From the NCBI GenBank assembly GCA_951406725.2, contig OX597828.1:62000001-62064000 (forward strand): a stretch of 64,000 nucleotides of DNA, given 5' to 3'. The stretch's first letter is position 1; each line of letters opens with the position of its first letter. The position numbers and the translations under genes were made by a program. The notes under the pieces are model-generated. The model made no database searches and was not told where the DNA came from. It saw nothing but the letters and a program-made list of their open reading frames with translations. Source of the DNA: Octopus vulgaris (Eukaryota). Positions 48,853 through 61,617 of this stretch are shown in pieces.

Positions 48853-50825
48853 CTAGCAGAATTTCCCGGCGATGCTCGGGGCTGAATTGCTTGAAAGTAC
48901 TGTTAATGATTGCACTGAATTATGATGATTATTCAGGCAAATATTGATATAAGTTTACGGTGGGAGATAAGGACTTAACGATCAAACGTGTGCCATTGCA
49001 TTGTTTTGGGGGAACCAAATTTCTGATGAGCATTATAGGGGCACCAACTTTAAGTTTGAGAATGTGTGGTGGTAGTCTGGGGTGCTCAAAGGAATTGAGT
49101 ACATCTATTGGATAGTTGATGACGTCCTCTGGGTCAGGAGTTGTATCGATAGACTGATATACATAGACTTCCCCAGGAATGAGTTTTAGTATTTCATCAT
49201 TAATATGGTGAACAGTTTTATTCCTCGGGGCCAGTATAGCCTTTTTGCCAATCCAATCCATATTCTGATAATTAGCTTGTAGATCTGGGAACACTGCATC
49301 TCTGAGATCAGAAGGCGTCTTAACAATGGTACAAATGGAATCGATGGCAATATTACCATTTTCATCCCCTGGTATTTTGCCATCGCCAAGTGCAAGGAGG
49401 GTGTGAGGAAATGCTGCTGATGTGATATTACGTCGCATATGAGCACGCATATTGGTGTGAAGTTTGAGAGTTACTTCCCTTTATTAAAAAAAATATGCAT
49501 TAAAATGGAAAAAAAATGATGGTAAATTATTTGTAAAATCATAGACTCATCGTAGACGCGCGCTAATACCCAGAAGGGCTCGATATGAATCACGACTATA
49601 AGATACCCGGTTTTGGTTAAACTGCATCGCAAAATGTGGGAGTAGTTAGGAATCTAAATCGGAGTAGACAGACACACAACCTTTCTTTTATATATAAATA
49701 TTTTCGTCCTAAAAAACTTTGTATGGATTGAATGGTTACCTCTATGGAAATATATACACGCACATTATACATACATGTGTGTATAGATGAATATATAAAT
49801 ACATTTAAATATCTATATACACTTTTGGGCGATCTTTCTGTTTCTTAGAGATAACTTTAGATCTTATTTTCGTCCTAAAAAACTTTGTATGGAGTGAATG
49901 GTTACCTCTATGGAAATATATACACACACGTTATACATACATGTGTGCATAGATGAATATATAAATACATTTATATATCTATATACACTTTTGGGCGATC
50001 TTTGTGCTACTTAGAGATAACTTTAGATCTTATTTTCGTCCTAAAAAACTTTGTGCGGAGTGAATGGTTACGTCTATAGAAATATATACACACACATTAT
50101 ACATACATCTGTGTATAGATGAATATATAAATACATTTAAATATCTATATACACTTTTGGGCGATCTTTCTGCTACTTGTATATACTTTAGATCTTATAT
50201 TCGTCCTAAAAAACTTTGTATGGAGTGAAAGGTTACCTCTATGGAAATATATACACACACATTATACATACATCTGTGTATAGATGAATATATAAATACA
50301 TTTAAATATCTATATATACTTTTGGGCGATCTTTCTGCTACTTGGATATAGGTCTTATATTCGTCCTAAAAAACTTTCCTGTCACACACTCACGCACACG
50401 CACACACACACACGCACCCTCACACACACACACACGCACACACACTCACACACACGCACGTTAGCTTACAATTTTATTTATATATTTGCGTGTCTATGTG
50501 TGTAAAGAGGAAGTGGGAGGCAGAGTGAAAGAGTCACTCACTACAAAAACTGAATTACTTTCACTTTATTCGTTGCACACTGTGTGTGTGCGTTTGCGTG
50601 TGCTGTAGCCCGCACTAAGAAAAGCATTTGACTTATACACCACAATGTGAGTTTTCTCTAAATTTTGCTTAATTGGGGTTGAAATTTTAAAAACTGGACC
50701 TGGCACGACCCGATGCATTCTACTCTTAAAAATGCTAGGTAAATTGTAATTGAAGAAATCCTATATTGTAGATTTCTATAAGATACAAAGGGAGGCAGAT
50801 AAAATCTGCCTTTTATAATAAGAGA
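48853..50825 (-). mobile_element. Non-autonomous Helitron with Pif1 helicase fragment and internal minisatellite
   Basis: 5' TCTCTTATTATAAAA at 50825; 3' CTAG at 48853-48856 preceded by hairpin CCCGAGCATCGCCGGG; A|T target. ORF 48929-49450 has AILAPRN, PPHILKLKVGAPIMLIRNL and CNGTRL. Confidence 0.9.
49701..50377. repeat. ~166-bp tandem repeat, about 4 copies, inside the Helitron
   Basis: TTCGTCCTAAAAAACTTT units start at ~49701, 49867, 50033, 50198 and 50358. Confidence 0.93.
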
Positions 50826-50840
50826 TTATTATTATTATTA

Positions 50841-53800
50841 TGGGTTTTTCTTCTTCTTTCAAATTTGCTTCCATTTCTTGCCAAGTGTCTTCCCGACTCT
50901 TAGGGCAAAGAAACTCATAGTATACATTGGTAGACCATTAACCTAAACTCACTAGTTCGTTCATTTCTTTTTTTATATAGAAATAAGGTTAAATTAAAAT
51001 ACATGGGTAGTAATAGTTCTCACATCGACAATCCTCTTCTCAATACGTAAGATGTACCAGTAAAGACAATTTTTTGCACTTCTTGCAGGGATGGTAAGCC
51101 AGGGATCATTCTCATATAATTTTCGGTTCCCTTCTTGATCATTCCTAGTGCTCCTACGATCACTGGTATTGTAACCGCCTTGAGATGCCACATTTTCTCA
51201 ATTTTAATGAGCAGGTCTTTATATTTTCTGAGCTTGTCAAACTCTTTCGCTGAGATATTATAATACAAGGGTTTGCTCATGACGATCAATAAGCAAACTT
51301 TATTGTTTTGGTCTTTCACAACGATATCTGGTTTATTGACCTTGATGGTTCGGTCTGTATGTACTGGAAAGTCCCACAGAACCGTTACATTTTCTCCTTC
51401 AGTTACAGCTTCAGGGTGGTGATTATACCACTTGTCGGCAGTTTTGATATTGTAATGCCGACTTATTAGCCAGTGTAGATATTGGCCAACTCTGTCATGT
51501 CTTAATTTATACTCCACTGGTGCTAAGACTTTACATCCAGAGATTAGGTGGTCCACTGTTTCAATCATGTCGTTGCAGAATCGGCATTTTGGGTCTGCTC
51601 CATTTTTCATCACATTGGCCTGGTAGTTCCAGGTTAATAGGCTTTGATCTTGAGCAGCCAGGATGAAACCTTCGCTCTCTGCTTTTAGCCCTGAATTCCG
51701 TAGCCACTGATGGGTTTGCTTCTGGTCAACATCAGCTTGTTTGCTGCGGGCCACATATTTGCCGTGCAGAGGTTTCTCCTCCCACCTATCAGCCAATTGC
51801 TCGTGCGCTTTTTTCGTTGCCATTATTTTCACCTTCTTTGCAACAACAGTTGCCGTACTTCCCTCGGGTTGTTCAGTTTGAGTATCCTGCACGAGATCAA
51901 TAGCAAATTTTTTGCTTTCCTTTATGATAGAATGAAGCTTCTTTCGTCTCTCGTGATTTTCCACGAGCTTTAGCATCTAGTCATTCGTTATTTCAAGATA
52001 TTTGGCCAGTCCAATTGTGGTTGTTTTGTAAGCTAGTTCAAATTGGATCAGGCCTCGACCTCCTTGGGCTCTGGGGAGGTAAAGGCGATCTACGTCTGCC
52101 TTTGGGTGGTGCATCCTATTACAACTCAGCAGCTTGCGTATTTTCCTATCTATTTTCTTTACTTCACTCATATTCCAGTTCAACACATTGTAGCTATAAG
52201 TAGCAACTGGAACTGCTAAGGAATTTATAGCTAACACCTTGTTACGTGCATTTAGTTCGGATTTCAGGACTGCTCGAACTCTCCTATAACATTCCTTCCT
52301 GATCTTCTCTTTCATGCTTTCATGCTGAATACCAGAGCTTTCATTTATCCCTAAATATTTGTAGGTTTGTTCTTGCTCAAGCTCTCTTATGACTGTGTCA
52401 ACATCTAACACGACTGAATTTGTGGTCTTCACTTTCCCTTTCTGGAAAGTGGCCTTGGCACACTTCTCAAGCCCAAACTCCATCCCGATGTCATCACTGA
52501 ATGCTTTCACAGTGCGCAATAGGCCCCTTCAAGTTCCTTATCGTCTTTACCATAGAGTTTTAAGTCATCCATATAAAATAGATGGCTTATTTTTTTATTA
52601 ACAATTTTATACCCATACCCTGTTCTGTTTAATTCACTTGTAAGAGGTATTAGGGCTATGCAGAATATTAGAGGTGAAAGTGAGTCACCTTGAAAAATGC
52701 CACAGTTGATGTTTATATTCTCTGAGGCAAGTACTCCATTAGAGTGGTATAACTGGAGATTCGTATTCCACAACGACATATTATGCTTCAGGAAGCTTGA
52801 AATCACAGGGGAAATTTTGAAGATGTCCAGCGATTTCAAGATCCATGAATGCGGTATACTGTCGAAGGCCTTTTTATAGTCAATCCATGCGGAGCTGGGA
52901 TTTCTGCGCTTGTTGTGACAGTTCTCAAGGATCATACGATTAATTAGCAGTTGATCTTTGCATCCGTATGAGCCTCGGCGGCACCCTTTTTGTTTAATGG
53001 GGAAAATATCGTTCTTCTCCATGAATGCATATGTTTTCTCCGCCAGGATAGATGTTAGGATTTTATACGTGGTGGATAAACAGGTTAAAGGCAGATAGTT
53101 TTTTGGAAGTTTGGTTTCGTTATTCGTTGGGAGTAGGTAAGTAATACCACTTGCTAACCATTCAGGTGTTTTCTTTGGGTCTCTCATAATTCCATTGAGC
53201 AGCTGAACTAGCTTACCGTGTGCGCATGGGAGCGATGAGAGCCAGAAATTCGGCACCCTATCTTTACCGGGGGATTTCCAATTATGGGCCTTCGTGAGTG
53301 CCTTTCTTAGGTCTGCTATTGTGATGTCTTCCCATGCTTGTTGTTGTAAATTTTGGTAGGATCCTTCAGTTTGTATAATCCAGTCAGCATTTATGATGTA
53401 CAGACGTACTCCAAATCCTTTTCCAAAAGTTTTGAACTTCTTCCATGGGAGGGGGGTCTTTAACGGTTACTTTCTCCTTCCCTATTTCTCTGTAGAATTT
53501 TTTGGCATTGGATGTGAACAGCTTATTTTGCTTGTAAAACTTGTTTCTCTTCTCAAATCTTCGTATTCTTTGGGCTTTTGCTTGGACTTTTTGTTTCAGC
53601 GTTTCTTTTATTGATATCAGTTCTTCTCTTGGTGAGGATCCAAATTTTCTCTTCATCTTTCTTCCTGTTCTGGATTTACCCTCTCATAAATTCAATCTCT
53701 TTTTCAATTTTACTTCTCCAGGTTTGATTTCTTCCCAGGTTTGGTTTTCTTTGTTTTTTCGGGGGCATACAGCTGGTTTCAATTGCCCTAGCAGAAGCGT

Positions 53801-54797
53801 AAATAATTTCATTTAACTCAGTAAAATCAGGTTTTAATTCTTGTATTATTTCATTTGTTACATAGTTGCCAATTTTTATTTGTTTTTTATTTTGGTTTGT
53901 GTTTGAGAGTTTATGAAGTGGCTCCCTATCATTCATACTTGTATGTCTTACAACTTTAAGCGTATTCAGGATTTTCTGCCTCATTTCTGCCATAGACTCT
54001 CTGTGTTCTTCGGCAAATGCGAGATCTTCAGTTACTGTTGTTTTATCATTTTCCTGACTATCTTTAACAGGTTCAATAGAATTTCTTGTATCTTCAGGCC
54101 TTTGCGTGCAGATAGCAGTCTTTCAATTAAGCCTCGTGGCGGGCTATTCTTTTCATCTGATTCTTCATTTCCTTTGTCTTATATTTATGTCATTTTCCGT
54201 TGCGTGCTTGATCGCGCTTATTTCACTGTCTGTGAGTCTGTTATTTCTAAGGATATCCCTCCTCACATTTGCCAATTTGTTCTCATCCAAATAGGGTCTA
54301 CTGTCTTGATTCCGTGTTCTCCATATACTGTAAGAGTTTGCAGTGTCTCTCTTGAGATGGCCTACCTAATGCATAGTAATAAGCGTATATTGCTTCTTTA
54401 TACTCTTCTCGGGTCCATTTGTTCCGCTTACATTTTTCTTTCTGTGGTGGTTGTGGTGGTGAACTTGGAGGGTTCGAGTTGGGGAATTTCCCGTTCAAGT
54501 GACCATCCATGTCCGTATTCGGAGAAGAGTTTGTGCCAGTTGATGACTTTTCGATCCCAGGCTGGCTCTTCCCTGGGGGAGGCGCTTCCAGATTAACCAT
54601 AGGACAAGCGATTTGGTATACTGATTTAGTTTTCCTTTTAGCTTCCAAAGACATTTTGGTGCTACGATAATGTTATCATTTTTGAGCTCTGAGTGGCTCG
54701 CGGGGAGACTGCCATCATTGCTGTTACAATTATAATCGTACCATTATAGCAGCCGTAGCCGGCCTGTGGTCACTCCTTGTAGTCATGGCAACAGTGT
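50841..54797 (-). mobile_element. Full-length, decayed R4/Dong-clade LINE (RT + restriction-like endonuclease) inserted in (TAA)n
   Basis: Single broken ORF 54654-51020: KWTREE, QKGCRRGSYGCKDQL, AWIDYKKAFDSIPH, GIFQGDSLSP, HLFYMDDLKLY, CRFC..ETVDHLISGC, RHDRV, KPDIVV..K..KY.DL. (ATT)n on both sides (50826-50840, 54798-54812). Confidence 0.93.
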
Positions 54798-55375
54798 ATT
54801 ATTATTATTATTTAGAGGAAGGAGAGGGCAGGTTGGCAGTAGATAGGCAGGATGGCAGTCATACGGTTATATATCGTTAGTCTATAAATAGACTCAATAG
54901 GAGTAGGCGAGGGGTGAAAGAGTGATTGTACCCATGTGGTCCAGCAAAGGAGCGGTCAGCAGAGGTCAAATATGTGTTTACTACCAACTCACCTTGTGCG
55001 TTTTAATTACCGATAGAAAGACAGAAATAAAATACACACACTCACGCTCACATATATATAATTTCTATATATATAAATTGCTTAAATTAGTTATCCGGCG
55101 GCGTTTAAGAGTGTTCTTGTAGAAATTTCTGGGTTTTTTTCATATTTGGCTATTCACAGTACAATTAAAGATGATCGTTTGTGTGTTTAGCAATTTTAAA
55201 TTTTTATTTTCATAAGATTGTAGATATTAAAGTTTTTAAAGATGATCATTTGTGTGTTCGTCCAGAGAAAAGTGAATATAATCAAGTTTTTAAGCCTGTA
55301 AATTGTTTAAGTAAAGATAGCCAGAGGCTATCTTATTATTATTATCATCATTATTAATATTATTTTTATTATTGC

Positions 55376-55441
<66 letters not shown>

Positions 55442-57493
55442 AATTGTTAATGCTATTATTACAATTATTATTACTATCATTGTTGTTACTATTCATTCTA
55501 CTCCTGGCTAACTTAATGTTTTTACTATTAAGTCTAGCTATTATGGTAGCCATGTTCGGGAGAGTGGAATATGAAATTATTACTGATCTCCTAGAAATTA
55601 TTTTATGATATTTATGGGAGGCTGGGAAATTTTTTTCCAGTATAGATTTAAATCTACTGTACACATTCGTCGAGATCGCCCAATTAAAGGGGATATTTAG
55701 CAAAATGATATTTTCTCTTTTATATTTTTTGCTTAAGTAAGAGTGGGAAGGATTAGTGTTATCAGTATTCGTACGAGAATTATTATTCCTTTTAGTACTA
55801 TTTTTATGCCTATCGGGTTTATCTAGGTTAGCATTTTCATATTTATTTATGATCTGTTCACTATTTTTATTCCTATAATTAGGCTTATACACTAGGTTTC
55901 TTTTCTCTATTAATTTACGTTTATGTAGGGTATGAGAGTTTATATTACTTACGTAATTTACATTCACTATATTATTTAGGAGATTTGAGCTACCCATATC
56001 AAGGAAGGTGATTTCCTGGTCATATCCAGCCTTGGATAATGCGATATTGTATTGGTTAGAGTGAGAGTTAAAGATTTCACTATTTGATGATAATTTTGAA
56101 ATTCTTTGAGAAATATTTTTAACTAATGATTTTAGTATATTCGGGAGGTGATTAGATGACTTACTTACATATCTAGTGACTTCGCCCCCCTTTCTAAATG
56201 GGTAATGTAACTTTGAATTTAGGTCTAAGGTAACGTCTAGGAAATTAACTATCTTAGTGTTAAGTTCAAGAGTAATGCCTGGTTAAAATCTTTGAAAAAT
56301 TTGCTAATTCTCTTTTTTATCCTTTCAATACTTGATTTATTATTGCTAGGTACAACAAACAAAGCATCATCCCTATATAGACCACCTTGTAATTCTGGGA
56401 TATCTCTGTTTATGCATTTTAATAAGTATGCTCCCACCAGATTCGTTATCTCCACCGAGTCACTAGAGCCCATAGGTATATCAAAATTATTAGGGGTATC
56501 CGCCCTAGTCCATAATTTACCTTCAAATTCGATGATAGATTTTTCTAGCTAATAGGATGATGTCAATTTCCTCCCTAGATATGAGAGAGCGGTTCTTAGT
56601 AAAAATAAGCGATTTATTAAGTAGAATGGGGGATATACTAGAATAGTAATTGTTAATATCAAATTGGATAAAAGAAATTCTATTAGTATTATCTAGAGAT
56701 TTAAACCAACCTATCACCTCATCTGTATTAATCCATAGACTCAAGGGGAGATACGGAGTAGAATATTGTTCAAAATAGATTTGCTAAATCTCCGAAAACC
56801 CCTCGGTAAGACCCATATGTCCAACTAAGTTGGACATTTTCTACCTCATTCTTCATGGATGGACTAACACAAATATATAAGGATACCATAGATTCATCAC
56901 TTCAAGCTAAAACTTATATTCTTTAAATATCATTTTTACTATTGTTGTTATTACCATCATTTTTATTATATATGATATAACAATCTGAAATGTAATTATA
57001 AATTGGTCTATGCAAATTTATATAATTAGAAAATAATATAAATAAAGTGTTAAAATCTGAAAGTTAAGTTAACAAACAATTATATAAAAAAGATAATACA
57101 AATGAAGCTAAAATGATAATTTCATAATTTGGGGTTTATTAGCAGCCTTTATTACAGGGGATTTTGTGAAACAAAAATTGAAGAACTCAAAAGAGTTGTC
57201 TCCCTTATTCACCACACAGGAACTGAAGAACCACAATTACTACTACTTCCTGTTTTTGCCAACATCCTTAATTAAACCAAACAACACATGGTCTTAATCC
57301 CATCGGATCCTAATACTTCAAGGTAAATTTTTCGTGAACAATCATTAAACTCAAGATACACAACGAACTCACAATGTATCGGAGTACTTATTTTTTAATT
57401 TTTGTACATATTTATTATTATTCTTTTGCAAAAAACAATGCAACTTTCTTTTTTCCCCTTTCTCATTTTTAAAAAAACTTTTTTTACATAACT

Positions 57494-57533
57494 ATTCTTG
57501 ATAAGTCACACTATGACGAAAACTGGTTTGAAT
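57494..57533 (+). ncRNA. Hammerhead-like motif, variant core UUGAUAA
   Basis: ATTC-TTGATAA-GTCA-CACTA-TGAC-GAAA-ACTGGT-TT-GAAT. Confidence 0.5.
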
Positions 57534-57621
57534 AAATATATATTTATATATTTTTTCAATTTCTCATTTCATAAAAATTTTCTTTCAATCTAGCATTCTG
57601 CATTCTTACAATTTTTCCTTG

Positions 57622-57707
<86 letters not shown>

Positions 57708-57763
57708 TATATACATATATATATATATATATTTATAATAGGATTAGCTCGTATACGAGTAGG

Positions 57764-59210
57764 TATATATTTGTAAAAAATGAAGTTCGAAAATGCTGCT
57801 GTATTATACAATTTTTAATTTTTATATATACATTATAACATGTTTCAGTTCTTGAAATGAACCTTATCAAAAAAAGTTATATATAAAGTATATAGGCCAT
57901 ACAAAAAATAGCTTACGTAACAGGATGGCGGTGCATAAATCACAAATTAGAAACCCTGATTACCGCAAAATACCGGTCAGCGGACACATAGATGTGCTGG
58001 AAATGTAAATCCGAAATTTACAACTAACCTGCTCTATAAATTCAGTGACAACGCAACCTTCACACAACGCCAAAATAAAGAACTATATTTCATAAAAAAA
58101 TTTAGACCAAGTTTAAACACCCTGGGCCAGGAATACTAAAACAAAAGATAAGTCCTCCGAAAAGGAGAAGCAAAATTCCACCACGGCCGCTACTTCAAAC
58201 AGACACTCACTCTGACGGAAATATGCCTTAGTAAAAAAGGAAAAAAATTCTTTCGTGCAAATCTGACCCTGATACATACGATACAGCTAAGGGTCAGACC
58301 CGATTCTGATTGGTCAACAAGTTGATGACGTCTAGCTCTGCTAGAATGGACAGGATACAAACAGGGGACAGTCATTAGTCAGAATATTGATGACGTCCTT
58401 TTCTGCTTGACTAGTCACCTAACAAGTACAGACAGGGGGCAGATCTAATGTAGCTATAAGTCGTGATTGGGCAGAATCTGGATGACGTCCCGTTCTGCTT
58501 GACTAACGAAGCGACTGGTCAAAACAGGAAACAAACAAGAGGCAGTTATAATGCAGCGATTGGTCAAAATAATGATGACGTCCCGTTCTACTTGACTAAC
58601 GAAGCGACTGGTCAAAACAGGAAACAAACAAGAAGCAGTTATAATGCAGCGATTGGTCAAAATAATGATGACGTCCCGTTCTACTTGATTAAAGCCACCT
58701 AACGAAACGATTGGTCAAAACGTTGATGACGTCACGCTACGTTGGATTGACCACCTAACAGGCATTATAAAACCGAGCACTTCACAAAAATTCACTAGAA
58801 CCACCCAGCGAACTTCCACCATGGATCATCACAATTGCTTAAGGTAAAAATGAATTCCTCGCTCTTTCGGAAACATCAATCTTCTGTATTGACCGCTTTC
58901 CACCACTTTGATCTGTTTTTTGTATTGAATACGTATCGCCACCGTGGGCCACTGCATCGAACACTTTGAACATATACTTCAAACTATATATCAACTATAC
59001 ATGAACTATATATCAACTATACATGAACTCTAAGATGTCTGACTCCGTTGTGTATTATATATGAATTTCTTGTGTTTGACGGCATGAGCTGTCTTTTTTT
59101 ATATATAACTTTTTTTGATAAGGTTCATTTCAAGAACTGAAACATGTTATAATGTATATATAAAAATTAAAAATTGTATAATACAGCAGCATTTTCGAAC
59201 TTCATTTTTT

Positions 59211-59220
<10 letters not shown>
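57764..59220 (+). mobile_element. Truncated Neptune-type PLE with an inverted 5' pLTR
   Basis: 57764-57887 is the reverse complement of ~59098-59220. GIY-YIG tail YIGHTKNSLRNRMAVHKSQIRNPDYRKIPVSGHID..KELYFIKKFRPSLN at 57889-58138 is a paralog of 44875-45378. Hammerhead-like TTGATAA-GGTTC..GAACT-GAAA-CATG-TT at 59115-59148. Confidence 0.85.
58300..58772 (+). promoter_or_regulatory. 93-bp tandem array of CCAAT (ATTGG) and CRE (TGACGT) motifs followed by a TATA box (PLE pLTR promoter)
   Basis: GATTGG..GATGACGTC at 58465, 58558 and 58651 plus diverged flanking units; TATAAAA at 58766-58772. Confidence 0.65.
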
Positions 59221-59290
<70 letters not shown>

Positions 59291-60086
59291 GGAGGCGTTT
59301 TGGCGTTTCAGTCGAGTGTATTGGCATTAATGTGGTAACATCGGAAATGTTGTCGTGGTATATGTTTAGCTGATGAAGATAGATCAAGTTTATGGGTGGC
59401 AGACATATCTTGAAAAATCTGAAACCTGCGCAGGTCCCACATTATTCTTTTCAGGTATTTCATCTTTCAGATGTTCTCCCTGGAGGTAAGACAATTTTTT
59501 TCAAGTTTGTTGCACTCACGCATTTTTGCTAGTACATACGCGGTGAAGCTATACATTAGCGTCGTATTATTACGTTCGCTATTTCCAGTAAATATCGGTA
59601 CTTCGTTGTGCCATATATTTACTTCTATTATATATTAAATAAGGGTAGAAATTGATATTAATCAATTAAAACCAGTGGCCTAGCATATTTTAAATATTTT
59701 AAAGCTTCATCATTTTTATCTTAGACATCTTTCATATTTTCTTATTAGCATAACCTGTCACTCGATTGTTGAATAAAGCCAGCGGCCATAATAAAAGCCT
59801 CTACGAATTCAACCTGTATATAAGAAACATTACAGTCTCCAAATATATTCAATAAAATTCCTAATAATGAAGCTGTGAAGGTCAGATATGGATTTAGAAA
59901 CTCTATTGCTCCAAACTAACTGCAAAAATCCAAGAAAGATGAAAGATAAATAATAAAAGATAAAACTTGAACATAGTCGTTCTTTTAGTGAAACATACAC
60001 AAATGAGAGGTTGTTCTCCATATGTAAATATACTATTAAACATATACTCATACACGCATGTGTGTGTGTGTGTGTGTGTAACATAT

Positions 60087-60142
<56 letters not shown>

Positions 60143-60157
60143 CACACACATGCATGT

Positions 60158-60175
60158 ATATTATTATTACTATTG

Positions 60176-60214
<39 letters not shown>

Positions 60215-60266
60215 TTATTACTATTATTATTATTATTATTATTATAATTATTATTATTATTATTAA

Positions 60267-60351
<85 letters not shown>

Positions 60352-60362
60352 ATTATTATTAC

Positions 60363-60397
<35 letters not shown>
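60158..60397. repeat. (ATT)n microsatellite, ~240 bp
   Basis: Direct reading. Confidence 0.97.
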
Positions 60398-60398
<1 letters not shown>

Positions 60399-60610
60399 GG
60401 CAGCGAACTGGCAGAATTGTTAGTACGGCGGACAAAATGCTTGGCGGTATTTGGTCAGTCTTTACGCTCTGAGTTCAAATGTCACCGCTTTATCTTTCAC
60501 CCTTTCGGGGTCGATAAAATTAATAGCAGTTAAGTACTAGGATCGATGTAATTGACTTTCCCTCCCCATCTTGAAACTGCTGGCCTTGTGCTAAAATTTG
60601 AAACCATTAT
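60399..60610 (+). mobile_element. SINE family A
   Basis: GGCAGCGAACTGGCAGAATTGTTAG..GAGTTCAAAT..TTTCGGGGTCGATAAAAT; follows (ATT)n, like the copy at 7499. Confidence 0.75.
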
Positions 60611-61585
60611 TATAACTACTGTTGTTTTTATTTTCTTGTAGGAATTTAGAGAGGTATGTAGTGTTTCCTCTTTCTATATTCATACTAAATGTTTTAGTAA
60701 TTTAGTAGGGTCCAGCTGACGGCCTTGCCTCCTGTACAACACTCGTGCGCCTCCTTTAATAAACCTTATTTTAGTAAGAACCTACGAGCCTAATAGTCTT
60801 CAAATATAGTTCTGACAATGCGCTAGAACGGACACGCTTTCTATATTTCAATACTAATGCTCATCGTACGTCTCTCAAAAGCTTCTTTACAGTTTTCACC
60901 TGTTGGTAGCATACTGAGCATTTTTGTTTGTTTTTTTATCCATTTGCTCATCTTTTAATACTAACAAAACTGCATTTTAACACCTCTACACCATGCCTGT
61001 GGTACATCATATACACCCTTCCGTAGTTCACAAACGCTAAATCTGCTAATAAAAATTTTGCCAAAATTTTTTTTCCTTTCATATACAGGATAGAATCGTT
61101 ACAATGAGTATTTATATCCACACATAAATAGATGCGTTTCGCCATGCTGGACCGCTGAAATCTACAAGTGGTTTTTTTTTTTTTTCATTCTTTATTTATT
61201 TTGTCTTAATCCTTTCTGTTGAAGAGCTTAGGCTCGAAACGTAAAAGACTTTTTCATTATTCCGAGCGTCAAACTAATACACCTGCTTGTTGTTCATACA
61301 CTTGTCTTCGTCTTTTGTTTTTCTATAAATTTCAACTATACATATATATATATATATATGTGTGGTAAGTCAGCATTCAAGAATTCCTGATTCTTGTAAT
61401 TATCTCCTGTTCTTTTGTGGAGCTGACCTTATTTGCCATTCAGCAATTATAGCACATGTTCTGCAGGCAAAGAGGATTTTTATAAGTTAAGAATTTATGT
61501 TGTATGGTATTTGGTGTAACCCGTGTGTATCTATGTTGTTTAACTACATGCCAATAGCCAATTGAGTTATTTCACTCGGTTCATT

Positions 61586-61617
<32 letters not shown>

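Larger units (their letters stand above)
47395..56790 (-). mobile_element. PLE (RT + C-terminal GIY-YIG, possibly Nematis-like) split by Helitron and R4 insertions
   Basis: RT at 55990-56790: WINTDEVIGWF, FDINNYYSSI, FDIPMGSSD, GLYRDDALF, NFLDVTLDL, SNHLP. GIY-YIG at 48241-48560: YFGCS..KRRLNNH..LSSKIWELK..CQLCSMETYEI..LLN. An Asn-rich linker is present on both sides of the insertions. Joining the two halves into one element is an inference. Confidence 0.78.

Noticed and set aside
49701-50377. 166-bp array as CRISPR
   Set aside because: Plain tandem repeat inside a Helitron, with no spacers.
54660-54797. HDV-like ribozyme in the R4/Dong 5'UTR
   Set aside because: TCCCCGCG resembles an L3 loop, but I could not build P1/P3/P1.1 pairings by eye; it needs an RNArobo/Infernal search.
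58454-58702. 93-bp repeats as a CRISPR array or 31-aa repeat protein
   Set aside because: Units are contiguous with no unique spacers, the context is a eukaryotic PLE, and there are no cas genes; the ORFs are by-products of the repeat.
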